Of a DNA stretch of 56,646 nt, positions 1 through 9,845 are shown in pieces. The notes under the pieces are model-generated. The model saw only the letters and a program-made list of their open reading frames with translations. It was not told the origin of the DNA and made no database searches. Numbering within the stretch: position 1 is the stretch's first letter; each line of letters opens with the position of its first letter. The position numbers and the translations under genes were made by a program. The stretch lies in the IMG/VR virus record IMGVR_UViG_3300042934_000556, positions 1-56,646 of that record; one strand, 5' to 3'. The stretch is from a virus. Its lineage: Duplodnaviria > Caudoviricetes.

Positions 1-176
1 TGCGGATCACTTTGTCGGCGAGCAGGCACGGTTTTCAACTCCTTTCGGTTGGGTTCATGTCAAGAAAGTTAGACTCCTGGGACCTCAGCCCTAGGTTTGT
101 TTGACCAAAAGTTCCCCCGGGGCTTTCCGGGGGTGTAAAACTTCTGCCGAAAAGTTCCCCCGGAGGAAAAATATGG
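1..176. repeat. Terminal direct repeat / circular assembly overlap, left copy
   Basis: 1-176 matches 56471-56646 except C128 vs T56598. Confidence 0.95.
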
Positions 177-256
177 AGGCGGGCGATGCAGACGGGGGGT
201 ACTTTTTGCGAGACCCCCTCCCCCCTCTAAATGAAGGAGGTGGGAATCTCACAATG

Positions 257-347
257 TGACTCGGGACCAGCCGTCGGGCTGCCCAAGAGTCTCGCCGTGA
301 TCCCTATAATCACGAGAAGCGAGAACCCAAAGGCTGGCCCCGAGTCA
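257..347. other. Long imperfect stem-loop in the intergenic region near the genome end
   Basis: tgactcgggaccagcc (257-272) pairs with ggctggccccgagtca (332-347) with one mismatch; inner stems tctcgc/gcgaga and cgtgat/atcacg. Confidence 0.6.
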
Positions 348-360
348 GTCAGTGGTAGAG

Positions 361-624
361 CTACGAGACGGACGCGAAGGGCTTCCAGTTCTCGGTCACT
401 CTGATGTGGAGGCCCGAAACGTTCTCGGTGATGATCTCCAGAATTGCGTCTTCGATGTCCGCATCCTGAAGTTCTTCTGGAAGTTCGTCGGACGTCCTGG
501 TCACCCGCGCTAGTAGGGCAAGGGAGTGGTGGCCCTGTTCCAGGTCATACTGGAGCCACTCATCCCAATGGGTGAAAGGGTTGTAAGGATTGTCGATGGT
601 GGTGAGCATGTGGTTCTCGCTCAT
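361..624 (-). CDS. Hypothetical acidic protein, translationally coupled to the RNA polymerase gene
   Basis: 87-aa ORF with ATGA overlap to the RNAP stop; motif LTTIDNPYNPF. Confidence 0.75.
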   Translation of the reverse strand: MSENHMLTTIDNPYNPFTHWDEWLQYDLEQGHHSLALLARVTRTSDELPEELQDADIEDAILEIITENVSGLHIRVTENWKPFASVS

Positions 625-3404
625 TCGCCACCTCCACTCAGGCCAGCCTTGAGAGTGGACACCGGGACACCGAGCTGGTCGGCTACCTCGGCAAGGGTGT
701 ACTTGTCACCACGAAGAAGCAGCATGGCCCTGTTCTTGAGGGCAGCGCTCATGACTGGCTTCTCTCTTGGCGTGGCCAGTTCCTTGATCTTTTCTACATC
801 GGTGTTGTCGAGAATCTGCTTCAAGACGTTGTTGCTGACGGCGCCAGCCTGGATCGCTTCCCACTCACGTGGTTCGATCGTGATCTTGTCCTTGCCAGCC
901 TGAAGTCTCATGCGAGCCTCAGCGAGAGCCTTCGACTTGAGCTTCTTCTGCTCGGCTTCCTCCATCTCAGGGTGCGACTCAAGCTTTCGCTTGTAGATGG
1001 CGTTTGCTACGACCTGGGCCTGTCGTTCACGGGGGGCGTTCATGAGTGCCAGGGTCAGCTTGTCCTTGAGCATCTGGACTTCCTTGGCATACACCTTTGC
1101 CGCAGAGGGGGAGCGCTCGATACCCTTGGTCTTGACAAGCTCCTTGCGAGCATCGTTAGCCAGGGACTTCAACCTGTTCGAGTGATCAGCGTAGATCACC
1201 TCGATGGGCTTGCGCTTCTCCGAGACAAGGTCATGAGCGTCGTCCGTCTCAGCAAGCTTTGTGGTCTTGACCATCTTAGGCTTGCCGGGGACGTACTCCT
1301 TACCCGTTTCCACCCACACAAGCTTGCCTGTTTCAGGATCGATCGGACCGCCATCCTTGGCTTTCCGAAGTTCCCTATCGAGAACCCGCTTCTGAGAAGT
1401 GGCCCGAGAGATGATGGTTGAAGCACCACCATCGGCCTGACCAGCAGGCTTGGGCTGATACTTCGACACCAAGGCAGGGATACCGTTGTCGATCGCCGAT
1501 TGCTTGTAATTGAGCTTGTGCTTCTCGGCATCGATGATGACCATGGAATGTCGGACTGCGCGAGCAAGCTCGTTGTCCGTGGCCCCATGAATCGTCATGT
1601 CGGTGATGAGGTTGGAGATCTTCCCCATCTCGGTACCCTTAGCTTTGGGGTTGGCCTTCTCGCCTTCGGCGAACTCGACCTTCTTTGTCTTGGCGTTGTA
1701 CGTGCCTCCGCCCAGAACTCGCATACCATCGTAGCCAGGGTACGCCGACTGAGGATCGAATCCCTTGAGACCCTCGAGTGGCGGACGGGACTTGACCTTT
1801 CCGTGGTTGTTCGGAATGACCAGAACCGTATCACCGTCGAAGTCAGCACCCGACAAGCGCTCTGCCACAGAGTGATGGATACCTACTGCGTCAGGAGCAT
1901 TGCCGAGAAGCTTATTCGCCTGAGGGTGGCGGTTGTTCACAATGAGTTCGGGGATCTCGAAGAGACCTCCGTGCGGGAAGCGAACAAGCGCTACTCGGTC
2001 ACCGTTGTCCAGGGTGGGTGCGTAGATCTCTCGAGGACTCATCGAGTTGATCGGCAGTATGACCTTGGTCGCCTGACGAGGAAGGTGTGCAGCCTTCAGA
2101 TGGACAGCCGACGAATCTGTTGAATCAGCGAACTTCTCCAACAGATGTGCCTTTACGGCATCGTTGGTGAGACTCATGATGGTGTCGAACTCGCTCTTCT
2201 TGGTCTCGTACGTGATGTCGAGTTGGTCCTTGGCGAGCGTCGGCTTCTGCTTGGACAGCATCTGAGATGACAGGCTCTTAGACCATTCATCCCAGTTACC
2301 TTCCTTGTTCACGATGTTCATCGCGGACTCGACGATCTTGTTGCCGTCCTTGTCGCGCATCTCAGTGCCGTCAGGGTTCTTGCGGTAGATCTGGTCATCG
2401 ATGACGGCTCCGAACGGGTCGTCCTCCATCACCTTGCCAGTGTTCTTGTCCCGCTTCATCTCCTTCATGGCGTCGAGCTTGTTGCCCGTGTTCTTCTTGT
2501 TGGTGTTGAACACGAGGTCTACGCCAGGCGGCATGTCGTCGTTGTACATCGCCATACCTTTGAGGTAATGCGTGCCATCGACAGCGATGCGAACCTGTGC
2601 ATAGTTCGACTTTCCAAGCGATACGTCGGGGACCCCGCGACGAACGTAGATGACACCGTCGGCGTCGGTTCCGCCTTCTTCAGCGTAACGGACTTTGACC
2701 CTCTTGGAGTCGATCGAGATCGGAGGACGGATACCGTCGTAGGTGCGACCGCCATCCTTCGACTTGACGAGGATCTGCTGGATCTGATCCCGATTGTCGT
2801 TGACCTCTTTCCAAGGGACTTCAGGACCCGCCAACACCTTCAAGGTCGTGAACTTGCCCGTACCGAGCTGTTCCACCTTGATGTAGTGCATCTTGTAGCC
2901 CTCGTCCTCGAGGAGCTTACGAGCGGCCCTGAGCTTCTCCTTGCTGATGTTCAGGTGAAGCTCGACACCAGCGCCGACGTCGATGTACTTCTTCTTGGCA
3001 ACCTGGTCGCGGAGCATGTCCGCAGTCGACTCGAGGATACTGTTCTCTTCAGCGGCGCCCGGCCTGATGAGCGTCCGGAACGTGGATTCAGGGACACCCA
3101 TCTTCTTGGCTGCAGCGACATTGGAGAGGCCTCGCTCCTTGAGTTGGTTGGCTCGAGCGATGTCAGCGGCCTTTCGGGCTCGCTTGGCCATGGCGGTGGT
3201 GTCACGCAGTTGGGTGGTAGTCATACCGAACCCTTCCGCGATGTCCTTCTCCTTGAGCTCCTGTCGCTTCAGGTCTGCAACCATGGACTGGAAGGTACCT
3301 GCACGCTCGTAAGGCGTCTCACCGGAACCCCAGGGGTAGCGGCCCGACTTGCGTCGGATGCCGTAGTGAACGAGAGCATCACGCTCTTCTGCTTCGATGT
3401 TCAA
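621..3404 (-). CDS. Single-subunit two-barrel (YonO/RdRP-like) RNA polymerase with N- and C-terminal HTH-like segments
   Basis: Catalytic LSGADFDGD, upstream RFPH, plus DADG and LKG motifs; HTH-like SNVAAAKKMGVPESTFR and TLAEVADQLGVPVSTLK; N-terminal LVHYG motif. Confidence 0.8.
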   Translation of the reverse strand: MNIEAEERDALVHYGIRRKSGRYPWGSGETPYERAGTFQSMVADLKRQELKEKDIAEGFGMTTTQLRDTTAMAKRARKAADIARANQLKERGLSNVAAAKKMGVPESTFRTLIRPGAAEENSILESTADMLRDQVAKKKYIDVGAGVELHLNISKEKLRAARKLLEDEGYKMHYIKVEQLGTGKFTTLKVLAGPEVPWKEVNDNRDQIQQILVKSKDGGRTYDGIRPPISIDSKRVKVRYAEEGGTDADGVIYVRRGVPDVSLGKSNYAQVRIAVDGTHYLKGMAMYNDDMPPGVDLVFNTNKKNTGNKLDAMKEMKRDKNTGKVMEDDPFGAVIDDQIYRKNPDGTEMRDKDGNKIVESAMNIVNKEGNWDEWSKSLSSQMLSKQKPTLAKDQLDITYETKKSEFDTIMSLTNDAVKAHLLEKFADSTDSSAVHLKAAHLPRQATKVILPINSMSPREIYAPTLDNGDRVALVRFPHGGLFEIPELIVNNRHPQANKLLGNAPDAVGIHHSVAERLSGADFDGDTVLVIPNNHGKVKSRPPLEGLKGFDPQSAYPGYDGMRVLGGGTYNAKTKKVEFAEGEKANPKAKGTEMGKISNLITDMTIHGATDNELARAVRHSMVIIDAEKHKLNYKQSAIDNGIPALVSKYQPKPAGQADGGASTIISRATSQKRVLDRELRKAKDGGPIDPETGKLVWVETGKEYVPGKPKMVKTTKLAETDDAHDLVSEKRKPIEVIYADHSNRLKSLANDARKELVKTKGIERSPSAAKVYAKEVQMLKDKLTLALMNAPRERQAQVVANAIYKRKLESHPEMEEAEQKKLKSKALAEARMRLQAGKDKITIEPREWEAIQAGAVSNNVLKQILDNTDVEKIKELATPREKPVMSAALKNRAMLLLRGDKYTLAEVADQLGVPVSTLKAGLSGGGE

Positions 3405-4009
3405 GCCGACTCTCCCATCCTCTGTTGCTTCACTTGAGCCCGGTACTCCTCGATGATCTGGTCATCGTGCCGGATCTTGTCGTAGACCGTCGCCAAGTAT
3501 GACCGGTCGATCGTCTCTGTCTGGTAGCCGTCGGCCTGGTAGATGCGGAGCTCGCCGTTGATCTCGAACGGCCTGAACTCGTACTCCAGACAGAATATGG
3601 CGGCGTACACATACAACTGATCGAACGAGGCCTTGGAGGTTCCGGTCTTGAGGTCATGAATCCGAAGGAACATGGCCACGGGATCGAACCCGATCGCGTC
3701 TACGGTGCCGAAGCAGTTGAAGGAGTAAAAGAGCTCCTTCTCCGGAAACAGACCCAAGTCCAAGGCGTCGTTGATGTAGTGACAGAGATAGTCACCGTCT
3801 CGAGGTTGGTAGCGCTCGAAGGTGATGGCTTCCGCAGCCCAGGCATGCAGCCTGGTGCCCCTCTCAGTGGCCCTGGCGTTCTCCAGACGGGCGATCAGCT
3901 TCTCAGGGTCGTCCCGGAGCCAGTGATACTTTGAGGGGCTCAGGAAGGCGTGTGTGCCTTCCACTTTCGGATGGGAGTTAAACCTGAAACTCTGCTCTGA
4001 GAGCATCAA
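3401..4009 (-). CDS. PD-(D/E)xK / Cas4-like exonuclease
   Basis: LSPS, GTRLH, GTVD, IHDLKTG and QLYVY motifs. Confidence 0.75.
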   Translation of the reverse strand: MMLSEQSFRFNSHPKVEGTHAFLSPSKYHWLRDDPEKLIARLENARATERGTRLHAWAAEAITFERYQPRDGDYLCHYINDALDLGLFPEKELFYSFNCFGTVDAIGFDPVAMFLRIHDLKTGTSKASFDQLYVYAAIFCLEYEFRPFEINGELRIYQADGYQTETIDRSYLATVYDKIRHDDQIIEEYRAQVKQQRMGESA

Positions 4010-4268
4010 GCACTTCCTGTTCGTTCGAGGGATGGATGAAGGCCGCGAAGGACATGCCGTTCAGCAACTCGACGTAGTAGTTCTGGTTCGGCCTACTGGG
4101 CGCCTTCGCATTGGCCTTGACTTCAAGCATGGCCCACCGGCCTCCATGAAGGATCAGGAGGTCCGGTACACCCTGCAGGTAGCCCGGGTCATTCTTGAGA
4201 ATGAAGCAGCCGGGGAACATGCGCTCGAGCTTCACGATGAGCGTTTTTTGGTAGTCCCGCTCCAGCAC
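3978..4268 (-). CDS. VRR-NUC domain nuclease
   Basis: GVPDLLIL...LEVK...RPNQ motif. Confidence 0.85.
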   Translation of the reverse strand: MLERDYQKTLIVKLERMFPGCFILKNDPGYLQGVPDLLILHGGRWAMLEVKANAKAPSRPNQNYYVELLNGMSFAAFIHPSNEQEVLDALRAEFQV

Positions 4269-4310
4269 GCTTCACTCCTTTCGCATAGAAAACCGCAGGC
4301 TTATTCTATC

Positions 4311-4341
4311 CCTTCTATTAAAGCACATGTATTGATCACGG
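4311..4341 (-). promoter_or_regulatory. Divergent copy of the cassette promoter motif upstream of the nuclease-RNAP operon
   Basis: Minus strand CCGTGATCAATACATGTGCTTTAATAGAAGG aligns with TCGCA-N5-TACATG-N3-TATAATGAG. Confidence 0.45.
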
Positions 4342-4359
4342 ATTGGTATCTACTCTCTG

Positions 4360-4869
4360 TTACCGGTCCAGCAATTTGAAGTGCTGGAAGATGGGCCATA
4401 CATAGCAGCGCGTCATGATGGACATCGCTATCTCCCGGTCTAGCAGCCCGAGCGTCGTTGCTGCGTGCCAGGAGGTCTCGTACACCTCCTCGGTCTCGAT
4501 CAGCACGATGGGTCGGCCGAAGCTTGGGCCGGATTGCTGGAACTGCTGGCCGTACTTGATGGCGAACCACCTCGGACGCCAGAGGATGTTCGACACGTTG
4601 TTGTTGAGTCGGTCGCCGTCGAGATGGATCGGCGTGTCGAACTCCTCGTTCGGACGAGGCAGGAACGCTTGCGCGACGAGGACGGCTATCGACCTCTTGT
4701 GCTGAGCCACGAGTCCGTCGATACCACGCTTGCATATACCGACGTAGGATATGCCTCGTCCGTTGGTCTGATGGGCCATCATTTTTCCGGTGGCTTCGTT
4801 TCGAACTAGACCGGTGTTGCTGACGTAGTAACCCGGGAACTCAGCGATCTCTCGCCACTCTTCTCGCAT
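4360..4869 (-). CDS. NUMOD4 / HNH homing-endonuclease-like protein
   Basis: EEWREI..FPGYYVSNTG (NUMOD4); HLDGDRLNNNVSNILW (HNH-like). Confidence 0.8.
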   Translation of the reverse strand: MREEWREIAEFPGYYVSNTGLVRNEATGKMMAHQTNGRGISYVGICKRGIDGLVAQHKRSIAVLVAQAFLPRPNEEFDTPIHLDGDRLNNNVSNILWRPRWFAIKYGQQFQQSGPSFGRPIVLIETEEVYETSWHAATTLGLLDREIAMSIMTRCYVWPIFQHFKLLDR

Positions 4870-4949
4870 GGGACCCCACCCTGATCACTTTCTTGGACGA
4901 ACTATGGTTCTTTGGAGCCGAGTCGGACATCTTGGAACGAATCCTCGCG

Positions 4950-5305
4950 CTGCCACTTTTGCGCGAAAACTCAAAAAAGTTTTTAAAACTTGCGTACACG
5001 GTATCTACTTTTTTTTTCGCGCATTATTTTTAAAAAAAAGTGGTAAAGTGGCAAGACTGGAAGAGCGAAACCCTCTGACCTGCAACGATGCCTGCGCGAA
5101 ACGGACAAAATAGGATGTCACTTTTGAATCAAAAGTGGCAGCCGAAGCCACAAAAGTGGCAGCGACCCATCCAAGAGCCGGGCGCCCCTGTCCGATTAGT
5201 GTGGCTATTCACACGTACGGCCGTAAGCGCCCGACTCACCCGGATGGCCCTATTCACTCGGGCCCCTTGCCACTTCTCTGCCACTTTTGACATCAGAAGT
5301 GGCAT
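4950..5305. other. Putative replication origin (AT-rich tracts plus AAGTGGCA iterons)
   Basis: Non-coding; poly-T/poly-A tracts at 4975-5040; AAGTGGCA/TGCCACTT repeated in both orientations. Confidence 0.55.
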
Positions 5306-5312
5306 GGGGTTT

Positions 5313-6497
5313 TCAGGCCGCAGCCCTCAGTTTCCGAGCGAACTTGACCTCATTAAAGCTGTGTTTCTTGATCAAAGCCGCCAAAACCCCACCATCAATA
5401 GCAGCTTCGGACATAAGCACGTAGTAGTGCAGTACGTCGAATGGGGTGTTCAGACGGTCGATTCGACCATGAGCCTGATGCCAGGCCTTGTACGAATACG
5501 TCAGCGAGTAGAAGAGCATCGCGTCCGTCGACGTACAGTTCCAGCCCTCCGATCCAGCCGTGTACTGGACCAGGTAGACCCATCGATCGGTGTCTGGGAT
5601 CTCCTCATGCTTGTGCCCATTCCACTCCGCCACGGGCACTTCCCCGGCCAGTGTTCGGAGCACCTCCAACTCGTAGTCGAAGTTGTAGAACACAACCAGT
5701 CTGGGATGTCGCTTCATCCGCTCCCGAACAGCCTCGAGACGAGACGGGTGGGAATATACGACTTTCCGCATGAGGTAGAAGAACTCAGCGAGGCTGCGGA
5801 TAGGCCTCTCTTCGTACGGATTCCAGCGCTCGTGAGTGATCAACCGCAGAGTGTCTGCATCGAACTCCACCTTCACATTGTGTGTGATCCTGGTGGTGTG
5901 TCGTTCGAACGGCATGTGCACGAGAAGCTCGTTGCGGAGTCGCTCAAGCTTGTGTTCGTTGTGGAACCGCTCGATCTTCGGGAACTTGGTGTAGCTGTTG
6001 AATTCGACGTGGTTGTCGATGAACTCTGTACGGTTCTTGTAGAAACCGTTGGCGATGAAGACCGGGATGTAGTCCATCCAGGTATCGCCGGGAGTGGCAC
6101 TTAGGAGTATCCAGGTGTTCTTCTTCTCCGCTTTGACAATATGGAGAAAGGCCTTACTCCAAGCGCCACTCCCGACGAGCCTCTGCTCATCGAAAATGAA
6201 GAACGCGTTCCGGACGTTCTTGTACTTGGCGATGTTGTTCCAGGAGTCCACCACGAGGCGGCCCGTAAGCGGCCCTGCGGCCTCTCCGACGCCGAACTTG
6301 ATGAACTCCTTCTCCCAGTCCAGGGAGTCCCTCTTCTTCGCCGTGGTGATGACGTAGACGTCTTTCGGCGCTTCCTTCTCGATGTAGTACGCGGCTGCAG
6401 TCAGTGACTTACCGGTACCCACATCACCCCACAGGATCTTGCCATTCGACATGTCGCCGATGGCTTTCTTCTGATGGGGGAACAGGGTAACGGACAC
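5313..6497 (-). CDS. Superfamily 2 (SNF2/DEAD-like) helicase
   Basis: Walker A GTGKS, FDEQ, SATP, EGWN and QAHGRIDR motifs. Confidence 0.9.
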   Translation of the reverse strand: MSVTLFPHQKKAIGDMSNGKILWGDVGTGKSLTAAAYYIEKEAPKDVYVITTAKKRDSLDWEKEFIKFGVGEAAGPLTGRLVVDSWNNIAKYKNVRNAFFIFDEQRLVGSGAWSKAFLHIVKAEKKNTWILLSATPGDTWMDYIPVFIANGFYKNRTEFIDNHVEFNSYTKFPKIERFHNEHKLERLRNELLVHMPFERHTTRITHNVKVEFDADTLRLITHERWNPYEERPIRSLAEFFYLMRKVVYSHPSRLEAVRERMKRHPRLVVFYNFDYELEVLRTLAGEVPVAEWNGHKHEEIPDTDRWVYLVQYTAGSEGWNCTSTDAMLFYSLTYSYKAWHQAHGRIDRLNTPFDVLHYYVLMSEAAIDGGVLAALIKKHSFNEVKFARKLRAAA

Positions 6498-6503
6498 TGT
6501 AAC

Positions 6504-7343
6504 TTACTCCTCATGACTGACCCACAGGGGCTTGACGGTGGACGTGCTGTCGGTGTTGTTGGAAGCAGCGTTCACGGACTCGTCAGTCTGCTCCGGGGTG
6601 GTGTCGTTCATCCCGTCCTTTCGGTCGATCGCTATGTAGGGCGGCACTGGGTTGAACTCATCGGGGTCTATCATCTCCGGGTCGCTCAGAGACTCGTTGC
6701 TCTCCCGGATCTCGTCGGCTATCCAAGAAGGCATGGTCTTCTCCGACATGGGCGGCACGAAGCGGTCGTCGTGGAGCTGTGCGGCCTTCTCACGGCCTTC
6801 CATGACACCGTGGTGGTAGAGGGCCAACTGACGCTGGCGGACGTCCTCAGCGACCATGTCGGTCTTGAGTTCGGACTGCACACGCTCGAAGGCGATGGGC
6901 TTGACGGGAGCAATGTAAATCTCGTCCTCGTCTGGGTCGCCCGACTGCCACTCGTCGACCCATGCCAGCTTGGGACGCATCCCGTTGAGCATCGCAACGG
7001 TGTCTGCAACGTCCTCCTTGACCGTCTGGACCGGAGGGACCATCACCTCGGCCTCGAGCATGAGCTCGCCAGTGTCGTCGTCCTTGACGACATCCATGGA
7101 CTTGATGAAGGACCCGGCAGGGGTACCCTCCAGAATCTGCATCGGCATCGTCTGGATGAACTCCTGGAGCTGCTTGGCGAACTCCGGGTCGGGCTCGGGG
7201 ACCTGGATGAGCTGGGCCACGGACCGCTTGGGCAGCGGCGCCTTCACCGGCGCCAGGAAAGGCGTGGACATGGTCTTGAGGATCTCGCTACCCTTCGCGC
7301 CGTACTCAGCGATGAGCGCATCGAAGAACGGGGTGTTGCTCAT
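6504..7343 (-). CDS. Hypothetical acidic protein
   Basis: 279-aa ORF with AAGGAG RBS and phage-typical codon usage. Confidence 0.7.
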   Translation of the reverse strand: MSNTPFFDALIAEYGAKGSEILKTMSTPFLAPVKAPLPKRSVAQLIQVPEPDPEFAKQLQEFIQTMPMQILEGTPAGSFIKSMDVVKDDDTGELMLEAEVMVPPVQTVKEDVADTVAMLNGMRPKLAWVDEWQSGDPDEDEIYIAPVKPIAFERVQSELKTDMVAEDVRQRQLALYHHGVMEGREKAAQLHDDRFVPPMSEKTMPSWIADEIRESNESLSDPEMIDPDEFNPVPPYIAIDRKDGMNDTTPEQTDESVNAASNNTDSTSTVKPLWVSHEE

Positions 7344-7394
7344 GGTGGTACTCCTTGCTGTGGAGCTGATGGTACGAGTGAAAAATAGACTGCT

Positions 7395-7440
7395 TGTGTT
7401 ACAGGGGCAGAGGCCCGAAGACCCCTACCCCTGCCTCACA
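7395..7440 (-). terminator. Stem-loop with UUCG loop, probable terminator
   Basis: Minus strand CAGGGGTAGGGGTC-TTCG-GGCCTCTGCCCCTG, with a T-run further downstream. Confidence 0.5.
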
Positions 7441-7535
7441 CTCCTTCCCCGACCCCGAAAGGACGGAGAATACATAATAAGCGCGTCTTCATGACGCAAT
7501 CACCTCCATTCAAATATGGTTGAGCCTTCCTAGGA

Positions 7536-7868
7536 CTAAGCGAGGATTTCGTTCTTGACGTCCAGGATGCTCCGGATCTCCTGGTATTCGCTCTCGCTCA
7601 GGTCGAACATGTAGTTCCAGAACTCGACCTTGAACTCGACCCACTCCTCCTCGGTCATGGAGTTCCGGAAGTGTTCGATCTCCCGGGGGTGCAGGTACTT
7701 ACCCTGCAAGCTGAAGAACGTGATCATGCGGGCGTACGTCGGGAGGTCCGGGCCGTTCATGAACGCACCCAGACGCTGGATCTCACCCTCGCTCATTGGT
7801 TCCCCCTCTATGGAATATGGGTCAGGACTCGGTCTTATCGAGGACGGCGTCGGGTCCTCGTCCACCAT
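7536..7868 (-). CDS. Hypothetical protein
   Basis: ORF in a coupled gene run; start uncertain. Confidence 0.6.
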   Translation of the reverse strand: MVDEDPTPSSIRPSPDPYSIEGEPMSEGEIQRLGAFMNGPDLPTYARMITFFSLQGKYLHPREIEHFRNSMTEEEWVEFKVEFWNYMFDLSESEYQEIRSILDVKNEILA

Positions 7869-8128
7869 CAGAGAGCCCCCTTCACGACGAGCAGGAGGCA
7901 GGTCGTGATCTTCTCGGCGACCTCGTGGCGGTCCGCCCCGCCGCTTCCGTACTCCTCCAGGCCGCAGAGAACCAGGGTGTGGAACTCGTCGTAGAGTGAG
8001 ACGTCGTCCTCCAGGAGGGTCCTGAGGTTCTCGATTTGCTCCGGAGTGATGTGCGGCAGTCCTGCCTCTCGCTTACGAAGACCCTCCGGACTCAGGATAT
8101 CGCCCAAGGCCATCTTGCGGTCGCTCAT
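7868..8128 (-). CDS. Hypothetical protein
   Basis: ATG at 8128 coupled (TGATG) to the upstream stop. Confidence 0.65.
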   Translation of the reverse strand: MSDRKMALGDILSPEGLRKREAGLPHITPEQIENLRTLLEDDVSLYDEFHTLVLCGLEEYGSGGADRHEVAEKITTCLLLVVKGAL

Positions 8129-8628
8129 CAGTCTTCCTCCCCGACTCCGCAGTTGCACTTGGTGGCGCGACCCTCGCGGTCCCAGTTGCCCACTCGCTTC
8201 GGGCAGTCCCAGGCGTGGGGCATGTAGTAGGCCTCGGCCTCGACCACCGTACGGATGGCCCTCAGACCGGCGCTCTCCAGCTCCCCGGTCTCGTACCCAT
8301 CGGCGTTGTAGGCCGTCTTCCCCATGGACTCCAGGAGGCTCTTGAGCTCCTCACGGACGATCCGGCGGAGTCGTCCCTCCACCTGCTTGGCGATCTCCTC
8401 CTGGATGACGTCGCCGACGTTGTGCTGCTTCGGCTTGGCGCCGTCCATGTAGTCCTTGATGCTCATGACCTCGCCGGTCTTGGTGATGCGGACCCAGTGG
8501 ATGTTGGCCGCCTCGAAGTCGGTGACCCCCTCGAGCCACAGGGACGTCTCGAACGGCGAGCCGGTGTACAGCACCTCCTTGTTCTTGTCGAGAACGGAGT
8601 GCCAGTTGGGCATCTTGGTCTCACTCAT
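8128..8628 (-). CDS. Hypothetical protein with C-terminal His/Cys cluster
   Basis: 166-aa coupled ORF; HAWDC...CNC. Confidence 0.7.
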   Translation of the reverse strand: MSETKMPNWHSVLDKNKEVLYTGSPFETSLWLEGVTDFEAANIHWVRITKTGEVMSIKDYMDGAKPKQHNVGDVIQEEIAKQVEGRLRRIVREELKSLLESMGKTAYNADGYETGELESAGLRAIRTVVEAEAYYMPHAWDCPKRVGNWDREGRATKCNCGVGEED

Positions 8629-9020
8629 CAGTCGTCCTTACCCATGTCGAGGATCTTCCGGGTGGTTCGCTCGATATACGCCTCGAGCCTGGCAGGGTCT
8701 CGCTTGTAGATGGCAAGGTCCTTCTTGCGAAGGAGCTCCTTGACCATGCCGACGGCCGTCTCCCACTTCTCCTGGTAGAGGTACTCGGAAATGGTGACAA
8801 CCTGTTTGGTCTCTCCGACCAAGACGAACTTCCACGGCTCGGGGTATGGCGACCTGAGCCTGCGTCGCACCTCGTCCGGCTCCCCGGGAAATACGGGGCG
8901 CATGAACTCGTTCAGTACGGTGTCCACTACGATTCTCTCCCCTCTTGAGGTCTCCTCCGGAAATATGCCGTCAGAGAAGCCCCAGAACCTACCTCGTGGA
9001 ACCCGTCTAGGCGCTGACAT
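8628..9020 (-). CDS. Hypothetical protein
   Basis: 130-aa coupled ORF. Confidence 0.65.
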   Translation of the reverse strand: MSAPRRVPRGRFWGFSDGIFPEETSRGERIVVDTVLNEFMRPVFPGEPDEVRRRLRSPYPEPWKFVLVGETKQVVTISEYLYQEKWETAVGMVKELLRKKDLAIYKRDPARLEAYIERTTRKILDMGKDD

Positions 9021-9089
9021 AGCTCGGCTCCGAATATGAAAGTATGTGGGTGGGCGGCTTTTAGCGTCTTCCGCCCACAGGACTGGTGC

Positions 9090-9569
9090 TCAGATGAACA
9101 GCTTGAGGATCTCCTCGGTGATGGCCTCGGCCGTCCCCTTGGTCTCGTCCGATCCCTTGCTGTAGTACGTCGCCAGGTCCTGCTCGGTCATCGCCCGCTT
9201 CACGAGCTGCAGCACCTGGTGGTTCCGGGCAGCGACCTCGGGTTCCGTCATGGCCTCCCGGTGGACCTTCTCCTCGCGGGTCTCGAACGTGGCCCTGTAG
9301 GCCTTGGTCTTGTAGACCATGAAGGAGGAGTCCTTCGGCGCGAAGACGATCCAGTCGCCGATGTACGCCCGGTCGACGTTCGTCACACCCTTGAAGCCGT
9401 GGACGATGAGGTCTATTCGCCGACCCATGACGCCGAGTTCGCTCGTGTGGTACATGCGGATATCGCCACCGCACCACCTGGCGACGGCCTCGATGTTCTC
9501 GTCGGTCACCTGAACAGCTCGTGCCGACCATGTCTTGCGGAAGACCTCGGTGGTCCCGATCTCGGTCAT
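9090..9569 (-). CDS. Hypothetical phage protein
   Basis: 159 aa; RAVQVT...IGDWIV...YRATFE pattern common in phage proteins. Confidence 0.7.
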   Translation of the reverse strand: MTEIGTTEVFRKTWSARAVQVTDENIEAVARWCGGDIRMYHTSELGVMGRRIDLIVHGFKGVTNVDRAYIGDWIVFAPKDSSFMVYKTKAYRATFETREEKVHREAMTEPEVAARNHQVLQLVKRAMTEQDLATYYSKGSDETKGTAEAITEEILKLFI

Positions 9570-9581
9570 CAGATCTCCATT

Positions 9582-9845
9582 CTAGGAGAAATCAAGCATG
9601 ATTGAAAGACGCTCCTCTTCAGTGAGAACGCCCCAGAACTGGAGGAGTTCGCGAGGCGTCAGCGGCTTCCATGGGACGTTGTCGAAGTAGAAGAACAGAG
9701 ACCACATGACTCCGGTGGCGTCCTGGCTGAATCCCTTCATGAGCTCGTAATCCAGGTACTCGTGGAACGAGATCTCGTTGGGAATATCAGCTTCTTCCCA
9801 GAGTTTCTTTAGGTCGTTCTGCCACTCCTCGAGGTTTTTTCCCAA
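9582..9845 (-). CDS. Hypothetical protein
   Basis: 87-aa ORF with GGAGG RBS. Confidence 0.6.
   Translation of the reverse strand: MGKNLEEWQNDLKKLWEEADIPNEISFHEYLDYELMKGFSQDATGVMWSLFFYFDNVPWKPLTPRELLQFWGVLTEEERLSIMLDFS

Noticed and set aside
621-3404. True RNA-dependent RNA polymerase or reverse transcriptase (DGR/retron)
   Set aside because: The motif is two-barrel DFDGD rather than YxDD/GDD palm type, and no template/variable repeat pair was seen; DNA-dependent activity is more plausible in a dsDNA phage
3401-4009. cas4 as part of a CRISPR system
   Set aside because: Stand-alone phage PD-(D/E)xK nuclease lacking the Fe-S cysteine pattern and any cas context
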